Assembly: GCA_964016885.1 (NCBI GenBank)
Contig: OZ024751.1
Span: 15,252,001-15,316,000, forward strand
DNA: 64,000 nt
Reading direction: 5' to 3'
From: Eledone cirrhosa
Lineage: Eukaryota
Shown here: in pieces, positions 40,374-52,153 of the stretch
How positions within the stretch are numbered: the stretch's first letter is position 1
How the letters are laid out: each line of letters opens with the position of its first letter
Program-made: the position numbers and the translations under genes
Notes under the pieces: generated by a model
Told to the model about the DNA's origin: nothing
The model's database searches: none
Seen by the model: the letters and a program-made list of their open reading frames with translations, nothing else

Positions 40374-41313
40374 GAGAGTGTAAATTTTATTTTCTAAGTA
40401 GAAAAGTGGTAGTGACTTTAAAATTTCAGTTTAGTTGCTTCATCTGGCAGCAAGATAAAACATTCATTTTCATATCGACACCTTTAAGTAACTGGGGGCA
40501 TTTGTTTACATCCTGCATAAACAATATGTCCTAGAGCTTAGTGGCTCAATGAAGGTCGACAGTATATGCCACACTTAAAATAAGGTGCAAGTTGGTATCA
40601 GGAAGGGCATTAAAATGTAGAAAACTGCCCCTAAAGGTCCTGTCCAGCCAAAGCCAATATGGAAAAGTGGACATAAACGTGATGGTGATGATGATAACGT
40701 ACTGGGCATAGACCATCTTAATTTCACTAGCCTGGTAGGGTTTACAAAAGTCATTATTAAAAAATATAAACTACGAGGATTTTTTCAGCACACTGACGCG
40801 TGTGTGTATATATATATGTGTGTGTGTGTACATGCGCATATGCATACATTTATATGTATGAGTCTATAAATATAAACGCGCAAACACAGGCAAACTTACA
40901 AAAATACACACTCAGACATACATTCACATAAAGACACACATACATTCACACAAACACACATACACATGCACTCACACACAGCATAGTTTTTTCACCACCC
41001 CCTTCCTTCTTTTTACACACACATACATTCATGCAGGTAGCAGACGTAAAGAAGAGGAATAGTATGAGATAGTCAAACTATTCCTCTCTTTTTACATGTG
41101 ACAGAATCGCAGAAATTTATATATAGATGAAAGAAAATTAAATTAGAAAAATATGCATGTTATATTTCTTCTAAATTTGTATTAGAATTAAGTTAATTAG
41201 TTGTCCCATGGCAGCATTGCAAAAGTAAACATAAAATGAAAATAAAAAGAAATTAATATTTCCTGTATTTATTTGAATACAAGCTGATCTGAATATAAGC
41301 CAACCCTTTAGTA

Positions 41314-41646
41314 CAGAGGTTCTCAAAGTGAGCGTTACTGCCCCCTGGGTGGCACTGAGAAGGTCCAGGGGGGCGCTGGGGCCTGGTAGTATGGGGTAGA
41401 GATGATATTATTGTATATTAAATATCAAATAATACATATATATAAATATAGTAAAATAAAAAAATATATAATATTTATTTATACATAGTATATATTTTAT
41501 TATTTATTATATATAAATTAACGATTATTTATAATTTGCGTGTTGGCAGGTATTTCTGGAAATAGGGTTGGGGGCACTGAGGGTATTACGTCGCCGTGAG
41601 GGGGGAGGGGGGGGGGGCTGCGGCCCAAAAAGTTTGAGAAATTCTG
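41314..41646. mobile_element. hAT-type MITE
   Basis: TIRs CAGAGGTTCTCAAA / TTTGAGAAATTCTG; 8-bp TSD CTTTAGTA / CTCTAGTA (7 of 8). Confidence 0.85.
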
Positions 41647-41805
41647 CTCTAGTATATGACTGAGAAATGGCCAAAAACCCAAACCCTGTTTATAAGCTGA
41701 GGTAGCTAATTAATAGATTATGTTTAAAAGATGCAGTTTTGAAATTCTTAGAAGTGGAGAATATATTTATGAAGTTTTAATATTTCAATATTTAAAATGT
41801 TTTAA

Positions 41806-42027
41806 CCCTTTAAGAATCCACATTACTCTATATATATACTATTATATTTTCATGGTAAATCTTTATCTCACATAATTATCTCACATAATATCGAATCTAT
41901 GTGATTTTGAAAGTATTTATTTTGAGAACAATACCTTAACATCAGTTTGAGTGACCGGTTACAGCCAGTTTCAACAGAAAAAGGTAGAGAATTCTGGCTG
42001 GTTTTGGCTGGTTTGAACATTAAAGGG
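41806..42027 (+). mobile_element. piggyBac-type MITE
   Basis: TTAA-CCCTTTAA ... TTAAAGGG-TTAA. Confidence 0.85.
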
Positions 42028-42602
42028 TTAAGTGTTGTTTAGAGTGTAGTTTTTGTTTCACAACTCCATTACGTAATGATTTTTTTTTTTACCAATTTCC
42101 GATCATTTTGAAGGCCATATTCATTCAAAACATAAAAACGAGATTTAACCTCCAAAGTGAAAATATTTTAGCACCTCATTTACATAGAAAATTGGTTAAA
42201 ATCAGCAAAATATTAACCTTGAATATAAGCTGTTGATATTTTTGACACATATTTCTCAGTTTATATATGAGTATATATGATAAGCAACCTCTGTCTTCAT
42301 TTGTAATGTTATCAGCACTACATTTCAACCAGTATATTCTGCAGTTGGCATAGTTTACAAATAAGTATGCATAACCTTGAACTAGAATTGAACTTGAAAC
42401 TAGGGTATTGGAATCATAGCAAATTGGCATAAAATGGGAGAATCTGGTATTGGAATGTAAAGTAGATAGAAGCAGAAAGATGAAATAATGATTTAATTAG
42501 TAACACAGATATATAGTAACAACTGGTGAGAGTAATTAGTACATACTACTGTCATGTACTAATAACTCACTAGTAGTATATGTGTGTATATATGTTTATA
42601 AG

Positions 42603-42647
<45 letters not shown>

Positions 42648-43941
42648 ATATAATTTATTTTTCTCCTCATTCTCCTGTAGCAATAAAGTTCTTTAATGAG
42701 GGGTTGATATTTACTTTTAATTGTTTGAACTTTGCAAATTCAAATTCATTAACCCTTTTGTTACCAAATTTTTAATGAAAGATACATGCTAGTGTGGAAA
42801 ATGGACGTTAAACGATGATGATGCTTATGATTTCAAATCATTTTGAAAATACTCAAGAATTTGGAGGGATTTACTAACATAAATTACTTTCTCATTATTA
42901 AGCTGGTGTTTGGAACATAACTTGAAGATTCTTTGCATGAAATTATAATAATAATGATAATAACAAGGTTTGTAGATAATTATAAATACTTTGAAAAATA
43001 AACAGCTTTGTTTCATAGATCCAGGAACGGTTTCAGGCTGTTTGGTAGTGAAGTTAAACATTGTATCAAATTCTTTCACAGTTATTTTCATTAACTTCCT
43101 TTTTGATTGTCTGCTTTATTGTATGCAACCTGTTGAGCTAAATTAAAGGCCATGTTTGTCATCATAAATAAATCTCTAATTTTTTTTTACCCACACATTG
43201 TAACATCACTGGTTATATGAACATTTTGAATTCCTGTTTGATTTTTGAATCTATAAAACCAACCAAAGTCAGAAATAAAAGATCCTTCAGTTTCTTTTGG
43301 GATCCTGTTTTCAGTCCAGGTTTCATTAACTGCAAAGATGCTTAAAGCTTTAAATAGCCATGATGCTTAGGGGAATTCAAGTTTAGTTAAAATATCTTCC
43401 TTCTATATAGATAAAAGCTACTCCATTTCAATTATGGTACTGCCTCTATTTTTTGTTGCGTGTTATGCACCTGAGGTTGATAAAACTTTCCCTTTTTTCC
43501 TAATCTATGTTTTTAAAAATAATTATTCGCTCTGTTGCTTCATCCATTCTGAAGCCTGACTCTATTTTTGCTTTGCTGTCACCACGTTCACGTTCATATC
43601 TTTATATAACTTTCAATTTATCATCTATATTTGACATGTTTCCCCTTCTATTTTCTTGGCACCAGAACTGTTCTCAGTGTTTCTTTTATCAATAGTTATT
43701 AGGGTTAGATTACCGTCTTCTATTTTGATTATGTATTGCTGTGCTAAACATGGTTAGGGTCCCACACTTATTACTGTGGAAGTTACATGAAGACAAACAA
43801 GGTAGGGAGCTACAATTCAAGTTGTATGGTAACTATCTGCCATACAACAGATACAACAGATGCTGCCAAATGTATTGCTCTGATTTGTTGTTTTAGACAT
43901 GTGATCTTTATTATTAAGTTGTTCTCTAATACAACTCTGCA

Positions 43942-43983
<42 letters not shown>

Positions 43984-43989
43984 CACACA

Positions 43990-44052
<63 letters not shown>

Positions 44053-44318
44053 CAAGTAAGTATCTTTTGAAACAGTGAGCAAGTTTGAAATTAGAAAATA
44101 TTTTTTGACTGGAAAAAGATGAGTATTGATGTACATGTACGTCAATACTCATCTTTTTCCATTTCTCTGAGGGTTCTAAACCCCACTATCAGGCTAAAAT
44201 TTCTTTAGTAAAAAAAAATACGCTAATATATATATATGTATATTATTGTGTATATATATATATAAATATATATATATAAATGTATATTATTGTGTATATA
44301 TTATATGTATGTATATTA

Positions 44319-44370
<52 letters not shown>

Positions 44371-44383
44371 GTATGTATATTAA

Positions 44384-44422
<39 letters not shown>

Positions 44423-44644
44423 ACACACACATTGTGTGTTTTCTTCAGGGTGGAGTGGGAGGGGGAATTTGGTATCAATTCATGAACTGTTTTAATTTGA
44501 GAATCAGGCTTTTTAAAGACATGTTAATGGAGTGTACTGGGTGTAGATCAGCAATATATATGTATATGCACACACACATACATATACAATGACCCTCCAA
44601 TTAACACAGCTTTGGAAGGGTAATTAACAGTTATAGTTATAATT

Positions 44645-44820
44645 CAGTATTGGTAGAGGGCCGGACGCCATGCTTTGCAACATAGTATTGTGGCTCCTTA
44701 TGGTCTGAGTTCAAATCTCGCCGAGGTCAATTTTACCTTTCATCCTTACGGGGTTGATAAAATGAAGCACCAGTAATGCACTGGGGTAATTGCTGGCCTT
44801 AAGCAAGTAGAAACAATTAT
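44645..44820 (+). mobile_element. tRNA-derived SINE
   Basis: GAGTTCAAATCTCGCCGAGGTC...TTTCATCCTTACGGGG...GTAGAAACAATTAT. Confidence 0.8.
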
Positions 44821-45464
44821 CTAACATCTGTACAACACACACACATTCACACTCACATATCATCACCATTACCATCGTTTAACGTCTGTTTTCCCTGTAT
44901 ACAATACACATATATATATATTATATTAATCTAGTTATAAACCTGATTGCTTGTGACTAGAATCTACTTCAATACTCTTTATAAGTATTGAGTATAAATG
45001 ATTGCATTTGGTATAAGTAATCAATACAGCATGATTTACTAAAGACTTTATGTATCAAATGAGATGAAACTAAAATAATGTTCTAGAAGATATCATATCG
45101 TTATTATAACATTTAGATGCTCTCTCTTACTGATTCTTTCTTACATTGTTTCTGTTCTCTGTCTGTCTGTCTTTGTTTGTCTTTCTTTCTCTTGTGCAGA
45201 TGTCATATCCTCATTATAACATTTAGATGCTCTCTCTCTAAACTGGTTCTTTCTTCATTTGTTTCTGTTCTTTGTTTATTTGTCTGTCTGTTTGTCTTTC
45301 TTTCTCTTGGTCAAATATCTTCTGACAGTCAGAGAAGTTATCAATCATATATGGGATGCAGTATCTATCTCATTAGATATTTAATTCTGAGGTTTTTGTT
45401 CTTTATTCCCAACAGACATATCAAAGATGTTTCCATTATTCTCATCATAGTTTTTATTCAAGCA

Positions 45465-45648
45465 TAATAATTGTTTCTACTTTAGGCACAAGGCCAGCAA
45501 ATACCCAGTGCATTACTGGTACTTTATTTTATCGACCCCGTAAGGATGAAAGGCAAAGTCAACCTCGGCGGGATTTGAACTCAGATCGTAAAGGGATGTA
45601 ACTATGCTGGAAAGCATGGTGTCCGACCCTCTACTGATACTGCCAATC
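45465..45648 (-). mobile_element. tRNA-derived SINE, inverted relative to 44645
   Basis: Near-consensus reverse copy. Confidence 0.85.
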
Positions 45649-45679
45649 TACATTTCCAATATGACTTTTCTCTTTTGAG

Positions 45680-45810
45680 GAAGATTTGGCTGCTATTTGG
45701 GGGAGATTTGGTTGCTGTTTGATGGAGATTTGGCTGCTCTTTGGGTGGAGATTTGACTGCTATTTGAGGGAGATTTGGCTGCTATTTGGGGGAGATTTGG
45801 TTGCTATTTC
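45680..45810 (+). repeat. ~23-bp tandem repeat (6 units)
   Basis: GGAGATTTGGCTGCTATTTGG at 45701, 45724, 45747. Confidence 0.8.
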
Positions 45811-46167
45811 TAGTAGATTGAATGACAATGTAGAAGCTCTCTTGTCAGTTCCATTCATTTAGAAGTTTCCAAAGATGTAGAAAATAAATACAAAAAGTAA
45901 AGATTGATAGGAGGAATGACATCATATTTGGTAATATTTATATAAATGAATAAATATACACAAAATATTATTTATCCTCAAATTACATGGGAGTAAAATA
46001 TTCCATTTTGATAGTTTCAGTAATTTGTTAAATTTATTCAGCTTATATACAATTAAGTACTCTCTATATTAATTGTTTATATTTGTACACACACACTGTA
46101 CACACACACGTGTGTGTGTGTGTATCATCATCATTGTCGTCGTTTTTATGTCCACTAATATATATAT

Positions 46168-46860
46168 GGGAAATGGCCATGCTCGATATGTAGAAAAGGA
46201 GTTGGCATAAACTCTATAGAATGTACACAATGCAGATCTTGGGTACACAAGAGGTGTAGTGGGATAGCAGGCAAACTAACAGGGAAGGAAAACTTCATAT
46301 GCAGTAGATGTTCAGGGGAAATAGATAGTAGAAGGGAGCTGCTTCCTCTATTGACAATGAAGGGTTTCTCCCTGTGAACGAAAGGTCGGTTGTATGATGC
46401 CTGTGTGAGATACGCAATGCTGCATGGTAGTGAGACATGGGCAGCAACTGCGGAGGATATGCAAAGGCTGGATGGATGTGCAATGTCAATGTGCATGAAC
46501 GACCAAGCATAGACGAGTTGAGAGTGAAACTGTGTATAAGAGGAGCAAACTGTAGTGTGCAGGAGAGAAGACTGCATTGATATGGCCATGTGATGCGCAT
46601 GGAAGATGACCGCTGGGTGAAGAAGTGCCAAGAAATCCTGGTGGAAGGAAGACGCAGTAGAGGAAGACCACGAAAAACATGGGCAGAGGTGGTGCGAGCT
46701 CACCTCAGATCGCTGAAGCTCACAGAGGAGATGACAAAGGACCGTGACGAATGTAGAGATGCTGTGCTGAAGAGGACCTGTCCCACCTTTGTAGCATCCT
46801 CCTCCCTTGCTAATCTGATCACCTAGATATTGGAAGTTATCAATCACCTCTATAGATTCA
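46168..46860 (+). mobile_element. rearranged RTE LINE fragment
   Basis: GKWPCSICRKGVG...HGSETW...GRPRKTW on +, internal deletion at ~46330, inverted piece at ~46782-46860. Confidence 0.85.
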
Positions 46861-47229
46861 ACCAACTTTCCCCTCCCCTTCAAATTGCTGGCCTTGTGCC
46901 TAAAGTAGAAACAATTATTATTTATATTGCTCTTTAATACTTGGTGGTTGTTTCTAATTAAATTATAGAATTTCCACAAGGTCAGCTAGTTACTATATAT
47001 AATTAAGTCATGTTGGTGTTTAGTGTCATAGTATTTAGTTCTTTTCAATAAACAGGATATCTGTTTGTTTTATTGAATGACCATGCTGACACAACTCTGT
47101 AAATGTAATATTTGATTTAGATCTATTTCATTGATATTGCTTCTGCTATCTAGCCATAAGACTACCATAGTATTGATGTTAATCACCGATATGGTTGTTA
47201 TTTTCTATATGATAGATTCATAATGGTAA

Positions 47230-50200
47230 TAAATACCTATATTACTATTAGCAGTTGAGAAATAGTAGTTTTATTACCATTAGCAGTAGTAAAATGATAG
47301 TATTATTACTTACGGGGTCGATAAAATAAAGTACCAGTAATGCACTGGGTAATTGCTGGCCTTGTGCCTAACGTAGAAACAATTATTACTCTTAGCAGTA
47401 GAGAAATGATAGTCTTATAACTGTTATCAGTAGAGAAATAGTAGTTTTATTACCATTAGCAGTAGAGAAATGGTAGTGTTATTACTGTTAGGAGTAGAGA
47501 AATGGTAGTGTTATTACTGTTAGGAGTAGAGAAATGGTAGTGTTATTACTGTTAGGAGTAGAGAAATGGTAGTGTTATTACTGTTAGCAATAGAGAAATG
47601 GTAGTTTTATTACTGTTAGCAATAGAGAAATGGTAGTGTTATTACTGTTAACAATAGAGAAATGGTCGTGTTATTACTGTTAGGAGTAGAGAAATGGTAG
47701 TGTTATTACTGTTAGGAGTAGAGAAATGGTAGTGTTATTACTGTTAGTAATAGAGAAATGGTAGTGTTATTACTGTTAACAATAGAGAAATGGTCGTGTT
47801 ATTACTGTTAGGAGTAGAGAAATGGTAGTGTTATTACTGTTAGGAGTAGAGAAATGGTAGTGTTATTACTGTTAGCAGTAGAGAAATGGTAGTTTTATTA
47901 CTGTTAGCAATAGAGAAATGGTAGTGTTATTACTGTTAGCAATAGAGAAATGGTTGTGTTATTACTGTTAGGAGTAGAGAAATGGTAGTGTTATTACTGT
48001 TAGCAGTAGAGAAATGGTAGTGTTATTACTGTTAGGAGTAGAGAAATGGTAGTGTTATTACTGTTAGTAATAGAGAAATGGTAGTGTTATTACTGTTAAC
48101 AATAGAGAAATGGTCGTGTTATTACTGTTAGGAGTAGAGAAATGGTAGTGTTATTACTGTTAGGAGTAGAGAAATGGTAGTGTTATTACTGTTAGTAATA
48201 GAGAAATGGTAGTGTTATTACTGTTAACAATAGAGAAATGGTCGTGTTATTACTGTTAGGAGTAGAGAAATGGTAGTGTTATTACTGTTAGGAGTAGAGA
48301 AATGGTAGTGTTATTACTGTTAGCAGTAGAGAAATGGTAGTTTTATTACTGTTAGCAATAGAGAAATGGTAGTGTTATTACTGTTAGCAATAGAGAAATG
48401 GTTGTGTTATTACTGTTAGGAGTAGAGAAATGGTAGTGTTATTACTGTTAGCAGTAGAGAAATGGTAGTGTTATTACTGTTAGCAATAGAGAAATGGTTG
48501 TGTTATTACTGTTAGCAGTAGAGAAATGGTAGTGTTATTACTGTTAGCAGTAGAGAAATGGTAGTTTTATTACTGTTAGCAATAGAGAAATGGTAGTGTT
48601 ATTACTGTTAGTAGTAGAGAAATGGTAGTGTTATTACTGTTAGCAGTAGAGAAATGGTAGTGTTATTACTGTTAGCAGTAGAGAAATGGTAGTTTTATTA
48701 CTGTTAGCAGTAGAGAAATGGTAGTGTTATTACTGTTAACAATAGAGAAATGGTCGTGTTATTACTGTTAGGAGTAGAGAAATGGTAGTGTTATTACTGT
48801 TAGGAGTAGAGAAATGGTAGTGTTATTACTGTTAACAATAGAGAAATGGTAGTGTTATTACTGTTAGCAGTAGAGAAATGGTAGTGTTATTACTGTTAGC
48901 AGTAGAGAAATGGTAGTTTTATTACTGTTAGCAGTAGAGAAATGGTAGTGTTATTACTGTTAACAATAGAGAAATGGTCGTGTTATTACTGTTAGGAGTA
49001 GAGAAATGGTAGTGTTATTACTGTTAGCAGTAGAGAAATGGTAGTTTTATTACTGTTAGCAATAGAGAAATGGTAGTGTTATTACTGTTAACAATAGAGA
49101 AATGGTCGTGTTATTACTGTTAGGAGTAGAGAAATGGTAGTGTTATTACTGTTAGGAGTAGAGAAATGGTAGTGTTATTACTGTTAGCAGTAGAGAAATG
49201 GTAGTGTTATTACTGTTAGCAGTAGAGAAATGGTAGTGTTATTACTGTTAGGAGTAGAGAAATGGTTGTGTTATTACCGTTAGGAGTAGAGAAATGGTAG
49301 TGTTATTACTGTTAGCAGTAGAGAAATGGTAGTTTTATTACTGTTAGCAATAGAGAAATGGTAGTGTTATTACTGTTAGCAATAGAGAAATGGTTGTGTT
49401 ATTACTGTTAGGAGTAGAGAAATGGTAGTGTTATTACTGTTAGCAGTAGAGAAATGGTAGTTTTATTACTGTTAGTAATAGAGAAATGGTAGTGTTATTA
49501 CTGTTAGTAGTAGAGAAATGGTAGTGTTATTACTGTTAGCAGTAGAGAAATGGTAGTGTTATTACTGTTAGCAGTAGAGAAATGGTAGTGTTATTACTGT
49601 TAGCAGTAGAGAAATGGTAGTGTTATTACTGTTAGGAGTAGAGACATGGTTGTGTTATTACCGTTAGTAGTAGAGAAATGGTAGTGTTATTACTGTTAGC
49701 AGTAGAGAAATGGTAGTGTTATTACTGTTAACAATAGAGAAATGGTAGTGTTATTACTGTTAGCAGTAGAGAAATGGTTGTGTTATTACTGTTAGTAGTA
49801 GAGAAATGGTAGTGTTATTACTGTTAGCAGTAGAGAAATGGTAGTGTTATTACTGTTAGCAGTAGAGAAATGGTAGTGTTATTACTGTTAGGAGTAGAGA
49901 AATGGTAGTGTTATTACTGTTAGTAGTAGAGAAATGGTAGTGTTATTACTGTTAGCAGTAGAGAAATGGTAGTGTTATTACTGTTAGGAGTAGAGAAATG
50001 GTAGTGTTATTACTGTTAGGAGTAGAGAAATGGTAGTGTTATTACTGTTAGGAGTAGAGAAATGGTCGTGTTATTACTGTTAGGAGTAGAGAAATGGTAG
50101 TGTTATTACTGTTAGCAGTAGAGAAATGGTTGTGTTATTACCGTTAGGAGTAGAGAAATCGTAGTGTTATTACTGTTAGCAGTAGAGAAATGGTAGTTTT

Positions 50201-51088
50201 ATTACTGTTAGCAATAGAGAAATGGTAGTGTTATTACTGTTAGCAATAGAGAAATGGTTGTGTTATTACTGTTAGGAGTAGAGAAATGGTAGTGTTATTA
50301 CTGTTAGCAGTAGAGAAATGGTAGTTTTATTACTGTTAGCAATAGAGAAATGGTAGTGTTATTACTGTTAGTAGTAGAGAAATGGTAGTGTTATTACTGT
50401 TAGTAGTAGAGAAATGGTAGTGTTATTACTGTTAGCAGTAGAGAAATGGTAGTGTTATTACTGTTAGCAGTAGAGAAATGGTAGTGTTATTACTGTTAGC
50501 AGTAGAGAAATGGTAGTGTTATTACTGTTAGGAGTAGAGAAATGGTTGTGTTATTACCGTTAGTAGTAGAGAAATGGTAGTGTTATTACTGTTAGCAGTA
50601 GAGAAATGGTAATGTTATTACTGTTAACAATAGAGAAATGGTAGTGTTATTACTGTTAGCAGTAGAGAAATGGTTGTGTTATTACTGTTAGTAGTAGAGA
50701 AATGGTAGTGTTATTACTGTTAGCAGTAGAGAAATGGTAGTGTTATTACTGTTAGCAGTAGAGAAATGGTAGTGTTATTACTGTTAGGAGTAGAGAAATG
50801 GTTGTGTTATTACCGTTAGTAGTAGAGAAATGGTAGTGTTATTACTGTTAGCAGTAGAGAAATGGTAGTGTTATTACTGTTAACAATAGAGAAATGGTAG
50901 TGTTATTACTGTTAGCAGTAGAGAAATGGTAGTGTTATTACTGTTAGGAGTAGAGAAATGGTTGTGTTATTACCGTTAGTAGTAGATAAATGGTAGTGTT
51001 ATTACTGTTAGCAGTAGAGAAATGGTAGTTTTATTACTGTTAGCAGTAGAGAAATGGTAGTGTTATTACTGTTAGGAGTAGAGAAATA
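47230..51088 (+). repeat. 32-bp satellite array (~115-120 units)
   Basis: Unit AGTAGAGAAATGGTAGTGTTATTACTGTTAG(C/G); starts 47461, 47493; diverged left edge with SINE fragment 47311-47390. Confidence 0.97.
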
Positions 51089-51409
51089 GTTTCGGATGGT
51101 TACAGATAATTGTACCAGTCCCTGTTGGTTAAACTCTATAATTTCTCTTGTTCTTAAGCTTTTGACTCATTTATCATTGTTTGGTGAATATGTGACCCAG
51201 GAAATTGAACTGACTAAATAACATTGTTAACTATTGTGAATTATCAATGGTAATTGTTGTTGACCTTCAAACCTAGAACTTGCTCTGTGTGTGTGCTTTT
51301 TATATACACAGATTTGTATTATGTGTGCTTGGTTGTTGACTTTTCCACTTTCTCAGTTTTTATATTTAAGATGACCAAATACCAAGTTTAGATTTGTTCC
51401 TATATTTTT

Positions 51410-51625
51410 CAATAGCTATGTTATCTATTTCAGTAGCTACATTGTCTATTTCCATAGCTGAATTGTTTATTTCCAATCTAGCTATTGAAATAGACAATAT
51501 AGCTATTGAAATAGATAGCTAGATTGTCTATTTTAGTAGCTATATTATCTATTTCAATAGCTAAAGTGTCTATTTCAATAGCTATTGTGTATTTCAATAG
51601 GTGCAATGTCTTATTCACTAGCTAA
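51410..51625. repeat. ~21-bp tandem repeat with an internal inverted block
   Basis: CTATTTCAATAGCTA units; TAGCTATTGAAATAG units at ~51479-51513. Confidence 0.75.
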
Positions 51626-51679
51626 ATTACTAGTCTATTTTATTTTGTTTGCTATTTATTCTTTGATTCTTTACATAAG

Positions 51680-51916
51680 CAGGGGCAGTGGAACTTTGCA
51701 TGGCCCCTCCAATGATTATATTTCTCAAACTATCAAAACACACATCTATTTGTATATGCGCTACAATTTATGTACCTGTTATGTTTATCACATATCTAAT
51801 TTTTTTTTGTTATATCTTGGTTGATATTTGATAACAGCTAAACTCATCACCACAACTAAAAGTTGACCAAATTTGGCCCCACCCACCAAAATTCAGAAAT
51901 GCTTTCTCCGCCCCTG
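51680..51916. mobile_element. possible hAT-like MITE
   Basis: CAGGGGCAGTGGAA / TTTCTCCGCCCCTG imperfect TIRs; no clear TSD. Confidence 0.45.
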
Positions 51917-52118
51917 ATAAATGAGTTAACTGTAATGACTACGACATATTGGTATGGATATTTAGGGTTCAGATTAAAATGTATGTCATGTAGGTATAGA
52001 ATAATATTTGAGGAGGGCGTTTAGCTAAGGAATGAATGATAAGGTATCACAGATGGAATGTTTGGGTGAGGATGATTATGATTACAAGAAAATGTTTTAT
52101 TCTTGATGTATTGTGAAC

Positions 52119-52149
<31 letters not shown>

Positions 52150-52153
<4 letters not shown>

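Noticed and set aside
47230-51088. CRISPR-like regular array (also 18650-19600)
   Set aside because: Head-to-tail units with no unique spacers, no cas genes, eukaryotic context
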